Shown: positions 51,201 through 63,660 of the stretch, one piece after another
Numbering within the stretch: the first letter of the stretch is position 1
Layout: each line of letters starts with the position of its first letter
Assembly: GCA_028534125.1 (NCBI GenBank)
Contig: CM052816.1
Coordinates: forward strand, 74,774,001 to 74,838,000
Source of the DNA: Lama glama
Taxonomy: Eukaryota
Length of the DNA stretch: 64,000 nucleotides
Direction: 5' to 3'
The notes under the pieces: model-generated
Told to the model about the DNA's origin: nothing
Database searches by the model: none
Seen by the model: the letters and a program-made list of their open reading frames with translations, nothing else
Translations under genes and position numbers: made by a program

Positions 51201-53649
51201 AGTGGAGAAGCTTCTATAGGTAGAAGAACAATTCAGAAATGTCCTGTTTCCCCAAAGTCACTATTTCTTTCATCATTTGAACAACTTATTCCTTCCTGAT
51301 GGTCAAAGAAACTCCCTGATGATTTCCCCAGCTATAAGGGTCATGAGACTGTCAGCAGTCTGGTGAGCATTTAATATTGATATGTGGAATGAAACTTCAG
51401 GTACATATCTGAGAGTTCAAGTAAATTGATCACTAATATAATTTACCTGTTGTGCACACAAAGGCAAATTACTAAGCATTATATGTAAACTGAGGGAAAT
51501 AATAGTATCTAGCTCACTGTTTTTTTGGTATTAAAAGATATAATAAATGTACAGTGCTTTGTATAGTACCTGGCGTAGAGTTAGTCTGCTATAAATAGTA
51601 GCTATCATTATTGCTATTACAGTTTCTCTTATTGATTCGATGACTATTTCCATTATTTTTATATCTTGCCTCTACTAGCTGGTGGACTGTGAACCCTCAT
51701 ATCCAGCCCTCATATCAATTAGGCAGTAGCTAGTTACCTATAACAACAAAGTCCCCATTTGTTGGCCTCTGTATTTATCTCTCTGCAAGTATTTTCTGTC
51801 ATGTGTGCTTCCAATACGGAGATTTATGTGACTATACGTGTGAACATAACTTCTACTAGAACACGGTAACGTTAGTGATATTTTATTCTTTTTTCCATAA
51901 TTTTTGGATATTTTGTTTGTTGGAGGGTCTTCTGCAAGAACTATATTTACTTTCATAAACAGAAAAAGTAATAAAGCTAGTTTAAGTTTTATCTTCTTGA
52001 TATATAATGTTATTCCATCTTCATTTTTAACTGACTTGACTCTTGAATAAGGCACACTTGCCTTTGTTATGTTCCCATTTTTATTTTATCCAAACCATTC
52101 TATATAGTATGTAGTAATATGTAGTGAAAGTTATGAGATACTGTTTAGTACCCTGTTGAAATTCATATTCCACATTGTGAGTCCCTAATATGTTAATACT
52201 TTAACATATTCACCTTTTCATACTACCTCCCATACCTTATGCTTCTTTTCCATGTTTTAGAAGATGTTGGTTATAGTAACTGACTCCCATCTTATAAGAG
52301 TGCTTGCCAAAATCTGGTCATGTCTCCTGGGTGGCTGACTGATTAAGAAGTGATCACATAAAACTAATGCTTTCCCAATATCATCTAAGAAAATGGGACA
52401 CAATTCTATGGGAATTAATTTTTATGCATGTATAAGGAATATTTACTGAGATAAGTACTAAGGGAGTAATTAAAGATTCTTAGTTTACATTTATAAACCA
52501 AAATGAACTCATTACTCGAGTTTCCTGAGCTCTAATTGAGTATTTCAATTATAGAGCCAGCTCTCAGGCAAAGCTTAGCAATGAAGACAACAAGCTTAGC
52601 TATCAGGGCAGCATCATTATTCGATCTTGAGTTGGTCATGATTGCTAGTTGCTGTTCTTGCTTGCTAATTATAAGGCAAGTATCAAGCTCTATCATTCCG
52701 TTCTCTGGTATATTTAGGGAAAAAAATGTGAGAGTGTTTCATATCCGGCCTGAGCCACTCATTCCATCATATATTCCTCCTCTTGGTCCCAGGTCTCCCA
52801 TTGGCTGCCCCTCTTTTTCTGCTAGTCCTGCCTTGAAACTCCTGGACTAAAATCGCCCATCCATAAGGAGATGCCATTCTCATGTCACTCTCAGTGGTGG
52901 AGTAAATGGTGCAGTTCCCCTTGCTGTTCTCAGTGGGGAAATAAATACAGGATAGTGTGTATCTCTCATGATTGCCACAGAAGTCTATATGGTGCATCAT
53001 CCTTTATAGAAAGATTGCAGGTCAAGAAAAGAAATTACACTGGGGATCAGATGCATTTAATTGTACTAAATAGGGTGCTTTCCATAATCCAAGATAAAAC
53101 ACCAGAGTATTAAATCCTTTATAGGCAGTTCTCTCCTGGTTATACCAAAATTCTTCTTTGATCCTCCCTCCTCCCTAAGAATCCCTCCTTCAAACTTCTC
53201 AAAGGAGATGTCCACCTGCCTTGGGGGCAACCCCATTCTCTATTTACACAGGTTGGTATGATTCTAGAAACCATCCACTCCTAAACCCTCAGGTAATCTG
53301 TGGATCCCATAATCCACTAGTGGTATATATCCCAAATTCTGAGTTATTCAGCTTAAAATAACATCAGAAAGATTGAAGAGTTGGGGATTGAGAATGGGAT
53401 ACGGCACTCCAAAATCTGAATTGTAAGCATGTCTCCTTATTCTTTCTGATAATTCAAATGAATCAAAAACACACATCCACAAACATCTTCCTAGGATAAA
53501 CAGACTATAATATAAATCCTTACTGAAGTAGAGAAATATTTTACTAATTACAACAAAATTGGTACAGTTGTCCCGGGACTTGACAATGCAATGCACAGGG
53601 TTAAGAGTTTTCCTTTATCTTTCTTTTTTCAGATTGTATTCATGAGACT

Positions 53650-54031
53650 TTCACTACATAAGAAACAGACAATTCCAGTGACTTCTAACTTTGATGACTG
53701 TAGCCCAGCCCAAAAGTTGCTTCCTGTAAACACCAGTGATTCTCCACATGATTTTTTCATCCTTACTGACAAAAAATTTGGTGAATAAATACTCCAACTT
53801 AAATGGATTATTCTGAGGTGTGTTCTTTGCTGTCTTCCAGAATTCCTTAATGGAATTAAGTTCTGAAGGACTCAGTGGTAGCTGATGTGAAAATCTACCC
53901 TTTATTAACCACCTTTCCTACATCTTGTGTCTTCATTCCCCTAACAGCAGTTACTGGGATCCCCAACCAAATTATTTACTTGTACTTGAATCCTTGTCTT
54001 AGGATCTGCTCCTGGGATTCCAAGTTAAGAG
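53650..54031 (+). mobile_element. LTR16-like ERVL LTR
   Basis: TACTTGTACTTGAATCCTTGTCTTAGGATCTGCTCCTGGG...AAGTTAAGA 3' terminus; 5' boundary uncertain. Confidence 0.7.
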
Positions 54032-55559
54032 AACAGTCATCTCACTCTTTTCAGACAGAGCAGAAGCTTTCAAGTTAAACTCATTTTATATTTTGAACCA
54101 AGACAGATTCTTGGGCAGGGTGAACTCCTCTAGTTTCTCAACAGGAAATAAAAAAACAGTGTAATTATCCATTATTCCTCTGAATGAGGGAATGGAGTTG
54201 TTGTTTGTGTAGTTAAGGAAAGATTAATCTTCCAGCAATTAAAATCTTTAAAATTTACTGTTAGTTTAATAGTTGCCCATTTTAGTTTTTTGTGGGTTGC
54301 TGCAATAATCTCAGAGTGTGGAGAAACAAATTTAGCCACAATATTTTAGTCAATACTTTCTCTAACAACCAGCCTTTAAGTCATGTATGTGTCATTATTC
54401 AAATATAAATCAAATACATTCCTTTCACTAAAATAGACATAGTCATAATTTCCATAAATCCTAATGAACTTTATTCTGTGGTTGGTCAACTATTCTTCAA
54501 AAATCCTCTCACCTCTTCGGAGCAGTACAGCATACTGAAGCATAGCTCCGGAACAAAGGTGGCTGGAGTTTACATCCTAGGATCTCTCTGCATTCTCACT
54601 TAACTCCATATAACTTGCTTAAACACTGTGTTTCAGGTTCTTCATGTAGAAAGGGAATAGAGTTCCTATTACATAAATGGAGTTATTGTGGTGATTAATA
54701 AGGTAATATATTTAGTTGAAGAATTGGTGTGGTTCCTAGTTTCATGGCATAAACCTTAATCATTGTTGAGGACTATAATGAATACTGAAGCAGACTCATT
54801 CTTCAATTGAAAAAAAGAGTGAAATGCAGCACTTAAGTACCTCAGAGTCCCCTACTTTTCTGCTCAAGGTTTCCCAGTGCTGAAAGGAGCTACCTTCCCC
54901 TCTTCTCTCCTTCTATTATTAAGCCCCATATGAATCAGTGGAAGTAGGTAGCAGTATCAAATGGGTAAATCTCATCTGGCTTTTTGGTGAATATTCCTTT
55001 CTGAAAGACAGTACATCTCCTGAATGGATAAGTGAGATTTGCATGACTCTGCTTTTGCACTTTTCCATTTCCCATAATGTTTTTCTTCCTCCCAGGGCCA
55101 TACATATCTTTGGTTTAAACTGCGCTCTTCTTTTCAGCAATATGTTCATGCTATATGTTCAGTCACAGCCAGCACTAGACCTAAATCATGAGGCTTGGCC
55201 AAAGAGATGATACAGGAGTAAAAGTGATTCAACAGTAGGAGGATAAAAGGAAAGCAAAATCAACATGTGATCCCTCTCACTTCCATGGAAAATATGGAAA
55301 TAAAGTGTGGTCATGCTGTGCTTCTCTATAAAGTATTGGTGTTGAATAAAAACTGGAATTAAAAATCAAATACTGTTCTGGTTTCCCACTTGACTCTTCA
55401 TATCTTATCAATGGTGAATGTAAACAAATGTCAGCTCATAGAAGGTAAGAAATATATATGATATAGATATAGTGATCTTCCTCTAAGTTTCTGAAATAAA
55501 ATCTGAATAAAAGGGAAAAAAATATGGATGTACCAAAGTCCTGATAGGAAACAGATGGC

Positions 55560-55666
55560 TAATTGAGAATAATTTAATAAAAAGGTCTATTTACATAGGT
55601 TAATTGAGAATAATTTAATAAAAAGGTTAATTGAGAATAATTTAATAAAAAGGTCTATTTACATAG
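55560..55666. repeat. Triplicated 26 bp unit
   Basis: TAATTGAGAATAATTTAATAAAAAGG at 55560, 55601 and 55628. Confidence 0.95.
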
Positions 55667-58188
55667 ATGTCAGGAGAACTAAGGAAAACCATCAAAAGAC
55701 AGTGTAGTCATCTAGGGAAAGGGAAAGGAGAAGCAAAGGAAATCACTGTTAAATTTTTTAACTAGTCAAATATTTGTAAGCGATCAGGAGTGTTAAAAAG
55801 ATCACTCCTCCATGAAACACCATAGTTAAAATGTCAGTCTACTCTTAAAGGTTCATGGCTTTCCTCCTTTATGTTCCTTTTTCTATGTTACCAGTAAACT
55901 TCTTAGTCAACAATAACACTCATGACATAGTTTACTTGTCCCACTACCTAGTGAACTCCTCCAAATTAATTATAACTTATTAATCATAATTGCATTCCTT
56001 TCACCATTCCTTCACTTCTCAGGTACAAAAGAGAATAAAAGTTTATTTGTTTATTTGTTTGTTTTAAAGCCTGGAAGTAAGTACTCACACTTTGAAAGTT
56101 TGGCAAAGGATAAGGAGAAATAAGAAGTAGGGAAAGGAGCTGCTAATATGCATCAAGAACCTTGCTTAGGAAATTATGCTACATGTTTGCCAAATCTCTT
56201 TTCTACTGTGCTTTTTTTTTTTTATCATTATGGTTTTTCACTCTGGAACTATGTCATGATCCCTCTAAATTCTGAGCAGTGTTGTGATAAGCTATCACAT
56301 TGCTGCAGTATAGCTACACACTTTCTTACTAAGATTATATCTCCATTACAAAATGGACAATGAAGTCAGTTTGAATCACACCCTCCACTAGGGCAATAGA
56401 CCTCCCTTCTTTAAGGTAAAGATTGGCTCTGGGCACGTCCTCCCTGGACCTCAGAACCCAGCTCTGTTTTGTAGTGAGACTTCAAGGAAATTTATCATTA
56501 GTTGTTATGGAAGCTGAGAGACTCAGTCCCCTTCTTTTTATCATTAAAACTCTATTGACTGCAGCTCTCTTGTTCAAAGAATTCTGCTTCCATTTTCACA
56601 GCCCTGTCGAAATTTTCTATACACACAGCTGCCATGATGTTCTAATAATGCACTTATATTACCGGAAACTGGCTACATTAAATATTTACAGGGTGGAGAG
56701 AACAGAAAGAGAGATTGCCAAAATACCCAGAGTTCAGCCAAAAGCCCAAGGTATCGATAGTACAGTGGGTGATGTTTTCAACTTTTTCTGTCTGAGGAAG
56801 ATCAGAAGTGGCTATGGCTATTAGACTTTTTCAAAGTAACACTCTCAATCATGCTGTTTGGAAAGGGATCCTACTTCTGCTATAAGTTGCAGGGAGAAAT
56901 AAATCCTGTTGGCTCCTTTAACAGAAATGTTGTGACTGAGTGTGCTACAATGCATTTCTATCTTCAAAGACAGATAAGAGTGAAAATGTCTTTCTTGTAT
57001 TTAGTAAAACCTACTTTGATGGTTAAGGATTTATTTTCCAAGGGTTTTCAAAGGAAATGTATTTGTTCCAGTGCAGTTGCTTGAAATGACAAAATTTCTG
57101 TTGCTCTCCCTAATTTCACTGTCATTTGATTTATACGAGGGTTTGAGAGAAATGAGCTATTACCCATCAATTAATTTTCCAGGTAATTATAGCAAAACTG
57201 TTTATTTTGGTCACACTGGGAAAAAATTAAAACTTTATTTAAAAATGTTCCACTTGGATCAAGTTCATCATTATATCCTGAACATCTCTCAGCTCTGCTG
57301 GCCTGTGGGACAAGTGATGTCTTGTGTCCCTGTACTCTTGGCTTTCAGTGCTATATGTGGCATATCCAATCATTCAGCCAGTCACCACTTAGTGTCTGCT
57401 TTGTTACTGGGGTAGCAGTGATAAATGGCAGAGAAGGGAGTTCTCTCTCTTCATTGTGTGTATTGATTTACTCAACACACATACATTAAATAAGTAAATA
57501 TTAATTAACACAAATTCCTCTGGCTTATTGCCTCTACTTACAGATGTATTACCAGCCTTTGTGGGTATCCTTTTTAAGGGACGTCTTCCATGTACTAGGA
57601 AATAAGTCTACGTTCTTCTCTTTTGTAATTGTAGAAAACACATACCTACTGCATGTCGGACCTGCTCTAAGCCCTTATTATACGCTAATTCACCTATATT
57701 GTCCTCAGAAAAACTATAGTTCAAGAGCTGTATAAAAAAGTGTGAAAGAAGAGTTGTTTTACGCTTTGATTTCTGCTTCATTAGCTGATCCTGGAAACAG
57801 CAGAGTTTCATGAGATTGTCCATGAAAACAGCTAATTTGGGTTCATCTTTTCAACCCTCCCTCCACAAGCACTGACGAATAATTCAGCAGGGGAGAATTA
57901 CCATGTCACTTCCTTCCATCACTCACCTCTCTCTTCTTTCTCCCCACACACATTTGCTCTGATTGTTCTGATTTTTCTATCAATCAAAATCAAACGTTCT
58001 CATTCATATCAACTTGCAAATTGATATTAAGGGAGTCCCAAGAGCCAAGAAGGGAATCCCCATTTGTGCTGAATTAGGACAAATAAACCATTCTGAACAT
58101 TAAAGGCTATTTCAAAATACATCTTCTTACCCATTCTCATTAGCTTCTTCAGTCAACCATGGAGTGGGAAAGCAGGTAACAAAGCAAC

Positions 58189-58641
58189 TGTATTCATTTC
58201 CTAGGTCTGATGTAACAAATTACAACAAACTAGGAGGCTTAGAACAATGGAAATTTATTCTCTCACAGTGCAGGAAGCCAGAAGTTCAAAATCAAATTGT
58301 TGGTAGGGTTGGTTCCTTATTGGAAGTTCAGAGAAAGAACTTCTTGCCTCTCTCCTAGCTTCTGATGATTGCCAGAAATTTGTAGCATTGCCTGGACACA
58401 TCCCTGGATTGTTGGACACATCACTTCAAGCTCTGCCTCCTCACACTCTGTGTCTGTGTCCCTGTGTTTAAATTTCCCTTTACTTATAAGGATGCCAGTC
58501 ATACTAAACATAGAGCCCACCCTTATCCAGTATGACCTCATCTTAACTTAATTACAGTTAAGATTCTATTTCCAAAAAAGATCACATTCATAGGTTTTGG
58601 ATGGACATGAATTTTGTGGAGATGCTATTTAACCTAGCACA
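58189..58641 (-). mobile_element. MLT1C-like solo LTR
   Basis: TGTATT...GTAACAAATTACAACAAACT...TCCAGTATGACCTCATCTTAACT...CACA. Confidence 0.9.
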
Positions 58642-58814
58642 AAAACTGCATTTATTAAATGGGAATAAAATGCTATCGATTTGATAAGTGCTATAAACAA
58701 CTCTTTACCAGTCTAGGAGGATGTTTTCCTTTAATTCTGAATGGAGGCTCTGTTGGGGTTGGGAGAACACTAAACAAAGAAAAGCCAAGTGTTATTGTAG
58801 ATTGGGTGTCTAAC

Positions 58815-58858
58815 TATCTACTTATCTATCTGTCTGTCTGTCTATCTATCTATCTATG
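58815..58858. repeat. (TCTA)/(TCTG) tetranucleotide repeat
   Basis: Directly visible. Confidence 0.85.
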
Positions 58859-59719
58859 TAGCATGCCTGAGCAAGTTTTGTCTAGTACATGAGGCTAATT
58901 TTCTATCTGACATTTGAGAAAAAATTAACTGCTTGTTATACAGATTATAAAAACACCAATTCTCACTGCCTTCTTTCTATTGGTTTACTATTGTGTCATG
59001 CAATCCTCCATCTGAAAAGTTGGGGTTTTCTTTTCCTTTTTATTTATAGCCTTTGAAAATCTCTTCTTTTTTAAAAATTAAAGTTAAGAAAACTTTATAG
59101 CAAAATATGCATATTAAAGCTCTTAATTTTTATTATATAAGGTATATACTTTTGCAGAATATATTAATTTTAAGAGTGAGTACTTATACTAGATATTTTA
59201 AGCATACAAATGGAATTTAATTTTATCCTTGAGTTAGATACAATGGGCACAGTAGAACCAGCCCTGGGAATTAGATTGATCGTATTGCATCTCTATTTCC
59301 ATAGCAAACTTATATATTATCCTGATTGGGGACATAACTTATTTAATGTATATTCTATATTTGTAACTTTTGATTCTATTATTCAGTACCTGAGGTTTAT
59401 TTATAATTTAGTGTCAAATTAGCATCTATCATAAACTACCCATTAAGACTAAGGATATGAAACAAGGAGTTATCCCAATGGTTGAGTAAGGAAATATTTG
59501 GCTTAATCAAATTTAATTAATACAAATGCCACATGAACATTTGAATTTTAAGGACACAATACAATAAGACACAGGATACAATACAGTCCAAATGTTGGGC
59601 AAGCAAAAGCTTCTTCCAACTTAATCAGCACTTTATGCAGTTTTAGTCTCTCAATGAGCTAACTGGCTATTTTAGTGCCTTATGGTTAGCATTATGGGCT
59701 TATTACTGTTCTACAAACA

Positions 59720-59980
59720 TATTAATAATAAACACTATATGTAGTACTTATTATGTGGTAGTCAATAATGTAAGCATTTTATGTATATTAACTTATTTAA
59801 TCCTTTTAATAATTCTCATAATATAGGTATAATAATTATTTCTATTTTAGAGATGAGAAAACCAAAGCACAGAGATGCTAAGTGACTTGCCTGAAGTCAC
59901 AAGCTGTAAGTGATATCATCAGGACTTGAACCCAGGTAGGCTCATTCTGGGGATCATGTTCCTACCTCCACACTACATCA
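59720..59980 (-). mobile_element. Near full-length MIR
   Basis: ATTTTAGAGATGAGAAAACCAAAGCACAGAG...AAGTGACTTGCCTGAAGTCACA...TTGAACCCAGG. Confidence 0.88.
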
Positions 59981-60699
59981 CCATTTCAAACAGGAAGTAG
60001 AGAGGGAGTGTCTCTGCACATTCTACAGAATACAATAAACCAAGTGCTTGATCTATCCTTGAAGACTGGTTGGTAGCTTTTACCATATTGGCAAAGAAAG
60101 CGTGGAAAAAACATGGAAATTATCTAAGGAGTATTAAAATAACATAGCTGGGATTCATATATTATTCTTAAGCAGCTTCTAGACTCTATGTACTCTCTAG
60201 GTTCTATATATGCACTACGAATACAATGATAAGTGAAACACAGCCCCTGCTCATGGTGGAGGGACACAGGCATGTAAATAACTACATCACATACCATCTG
60301 TTAGGGCTTAAAAACAGAGGCATGAGTACAGCACTGTTAAAGGAAAACATCTTGCCATGATGCCTCAGAACTGGTCACTGTATGTTAATGCAGTTCCAAG
60401 ACTTCATTGTAGGACATTTTGAATGTCAACTCATTCATTTAAAAATTTGTTTTGGAAAACCTATCTTTCCCATCTGGGATCTGCAGACATGCAGGGCATG
60501 GCTCCAATCTGAGAAATGCTCACATTCATGAAACTCACCTGAATGTATCTGATGCAGGCAAACTAGTGCTTTGTTGATCAATGATAGAAGCTTAGCATTT
60601 CATCAGAAGCCATACCTTTAAAATCTGGGCAAGAATTAATGCAAAGGCACCCAAAAAGGGCTTTTTCTAGCCTCAATAATTTGATTATTATTAAGGCTT

Positions 60700-60930
60700 A
60701 CTGGGAGTGAGTCAGTGCACTAAGAACTTTGTATTCATCATCTCATTTAATCTTCACAGCTTACCTATGAGGTAAGTACTCCTAATTATCCTCATTTTAG
60801 AAATGAGGAACTGAGGTTTAGAGTTTGCCCAAAGAGTTGCCAATAGGAAGTGGCAAAGCCAGGACTCAATTCAAGCTCTATCAAAATATGAGCCTTGTGC
60901 ATGTCCTTAACTGCCATGCTTATACTGCCT
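60700..60930 (-). mobile_element. MIR
   Basis: TCTCATTTAATCTTCACAGC...CCTATGAGGTAAGT...ATGAGGAACTGAGG. Confidence 0.85.
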
Positions 60931-61767
60931 TTGGTTTATTCAAAAGGCACCACAGTTTGCATCAACAGAGTGGAACCCTCATAGTGCAGTGTGGAGACAG
61001 GTGGCACCACAGCTCTGTATTATAAACAGCAACACCCTTCATATCCAATGGTTATTCTCTCTTCCACCTATGACATTTGAATCTTTGAACTTAGTGTTTA
61101 GTGTTTAGTACTACAGATGAGTATGCTTACAATAGTCCCATCAGTCACAAATGCCCTGTCTTAAATGAAGGGTAAGACCTCAGCATGGAATATGTCTGTG
61201 CCCTCTAGCCCCCCAAGAAGCCAGCAGGCTTCAATAACTTTATTGTTAGCTATTGTTTCATTTGAAGGTCAACACTGTCAACTCAGAAGTGAAAGTGAGA
61301 AAGGGGGAAAAAAATGACAGGGTTGGTGGATGTTTACCCAGAAGTAGAACTGCTGCCATTAGGGCTGAAAAACTTGCAGTTGTCAGTGAAATCGTAACTT
61401 TTGAGCTTATCATCTAAAATTTGTTCTATTTCCTGAGAAATGCAAATTTAATAAGGCATAATTTATAGATTATCAAATTTTCAGTAAATATATAACAATT
61501 TGAAGTAAAATAATATTTATGTAGAGATTCTATTTATAAGGAAATTAAATTGAGAGAAAGCATTTATTAAAAGCATCACGATGATAAGGTACCTCTGTGA
61601 GGTATGGGGAGATTCTGTATTTGAATATTCACCCATTCATTCATTCAGTCATTCTTTCCAAACATTGAGTATTAGACATACCATTAATGGAGTAGCAGTA
61701 CAAAATAGTAAGTAATATTGCAATTTTAAAAACAGTTTTATATAGTTGTGGGTTTTAAGATACTTTC

Positions 61768-62069
61768 AGAGAAAAAAAAATACCATATGCTATCACTCAC
61801 ATGTGGAATCTAAAAACAGAAAAAAAAGAGGACACTAATGAACTCATCTACAAAACAGAAACAGATTTGCAGACATAGTAAACAATCTTATGGTTACCGG
61901 GGGAAAAGGGGTGGGAAGGGATAAATTTGGAATCTTAAGATTTACAAATGTAACTACTGTATATAAAAATAGATTAAAAAACAAATTTCTTCTGTATAGC
62001 ACAGGGAACTATATTCAATATTTTGTAACAACCTTTAATGAAAAAAAATACAAAAAAGAAAAAATAAAA
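61768..62069 (+). mobile_element. Young L1 3' UTR fragment ending at an internal A-rich tract
   Basis: Collinear with other copies up to ACCTTTAATGAAAAA, then an A-rich tail. Confidence 0.88.
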
Positions 62070-62481
62070 CAGAATGATCACTGAAGAAACAAAGCCTGTG
62101 AATCTGAGAGTAAGAAAATATTATGCCATAATTTTAATTTGCCTTTCCTACATATGTGAGTTTGAATAATTACATATGTTATACTGTTGATTTCAATTTC
62201 TTTTCTGCAGGTTGTCCTCTTCTATTCATTTACTATATGCTTGTTGAGTATCTTGCATATAACATGCTTGCTTTTAGATAGATCTAGAATACAGCAATAA
62301 ACAAGTTATGGAAGTTCTACTGTAGGAGTTGGCACACGATTGTCTGCGGGCCAATTTTGTCTCACTTCCTATTATTGTAAATAGTTTTATTGGAACACAC
62401 ACAAGAGATAAACTTTCAGACATTCTTCTTACTTAAAGTTAAAAGGAATTGAGGGGCTACATTGACAGTCAGTTACCATGA

Positions 62482-62797
62482 GATTGTTTACTAAGTCTGC
62501 GAGCCTGTTTCTGTTTTGTAGATGAGTAAACAATCTTATGGTTACCAGGGAAAGGGGGTGGGAGGGGATAAATTTGGGAGTTTGAGATTTGCAAGTGTTA
62601 GCCACTATATATAAAAATAGATTTTAAAATAGTTTCTTTTGTATAGCACAGGGAACTATGTTCAATATTTTGTAACAATCTTTAATGAAAAAAACATGAA
62701 AACGAGTATATGTATATATATATGCATGACTGGAACATTGTGCTGTACACCAGAGATTGACACATTGTAATTGACTGTGCTTCAATTAAAAAAAAAA
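62482..62797 (+). mobile_element. Young L1 3' end with a 46 bp 5' inversion
   Basis: TSD AGTCAGTTACCATGA (62467-62481, 62798-62812); 62482-62527 is antisense to the segment seen at 61842-61887. Confidence 0.95.
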
Positions 62798-63499
62798 AGT
62801 CAGTTACCATGATAAAAATTTGTGTGCCAACATGAACCAACCAATTAACTTCTCTAAGCCTCATTTTCCTCATCTGTAAAGTGAAACATTGGACTATAAA
62901 ACGTCTAAAGATTTTTCAGCTCTAAAGTCCTATGACTCACTCATGGACCTTTCATTTATTTGCCTAAAGATAAAATTAGTCCCTTGAGAATTAATTTCAA
63001 GAAGCCAAGTATTCAGAGAAAGGTTATAGGCAATGAATATGAATAGATGAAAGACTTGAAAGATAAATGAACTGTGAATATATCAAGAGAAAAGGAAAAG
63101 AGGAAGGTGGAGACTCCAGGGTGTAGAAACAACATAGGCTAGAGGATGATGCCTCTAGATAGGAGACTGACCCACTGTGGACAAAGAGAATTCATTAGAT
63201 ATTTGTGAGCAGATGACTAATAGTGGCACTACCTGGATTTCATGCAAAGAAATAAAGAATGTTGACCAATTTGAAGTGTCTGGAGAGTTGTTTAGTAATT
63301 GCTTAACTTTTTGAACACAAGAGCTATCACAGAAAAGAAGGAGGGAATAAGAATAATATTCAGATAGATGAAGTAACCCTTTTGCATATCTACATAAGCC
63401 ATCTGCACAGCCTATTCCCATGTATAATCATGAGCGGAGGGCAGGAACACTGTGATTAGGAATACATAATTGCATCTTTAGATACTTGAATTACAGCTC

Positions 63500-63660
63500 C
63501 AACACTCTAGCATAAATCTGTAAAGTGTATCTAAACTCTCTTCTGTAAAGTGAGGATCTAATAGTACATCCTTTTCAGGATTGTCATGAGGTTTAAATAA
63601 AATAATACTTGTAAAATATACAGCCAGTACTTGGCATGTGCCCAATAAAAGCTATCAATT
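63500..63660 (+). mobile_element. MIR
   Basis: TCTGTAAAGTGAGGATCTAATAG...GATTGTCATGAGGTTTAAATAA. Confidence 0.7.

Noticed and set aside
55560..55666. CRISPR-like repeat array
   Set aside because: No unique spacers, mammalian context, no cas genes.
56423..56824. 133 aa ORF with a possible exon at 56602-56750
   Set aside because: Isolated AG/GT pair, no phase-compatible neighbours found, no recognisable homology.
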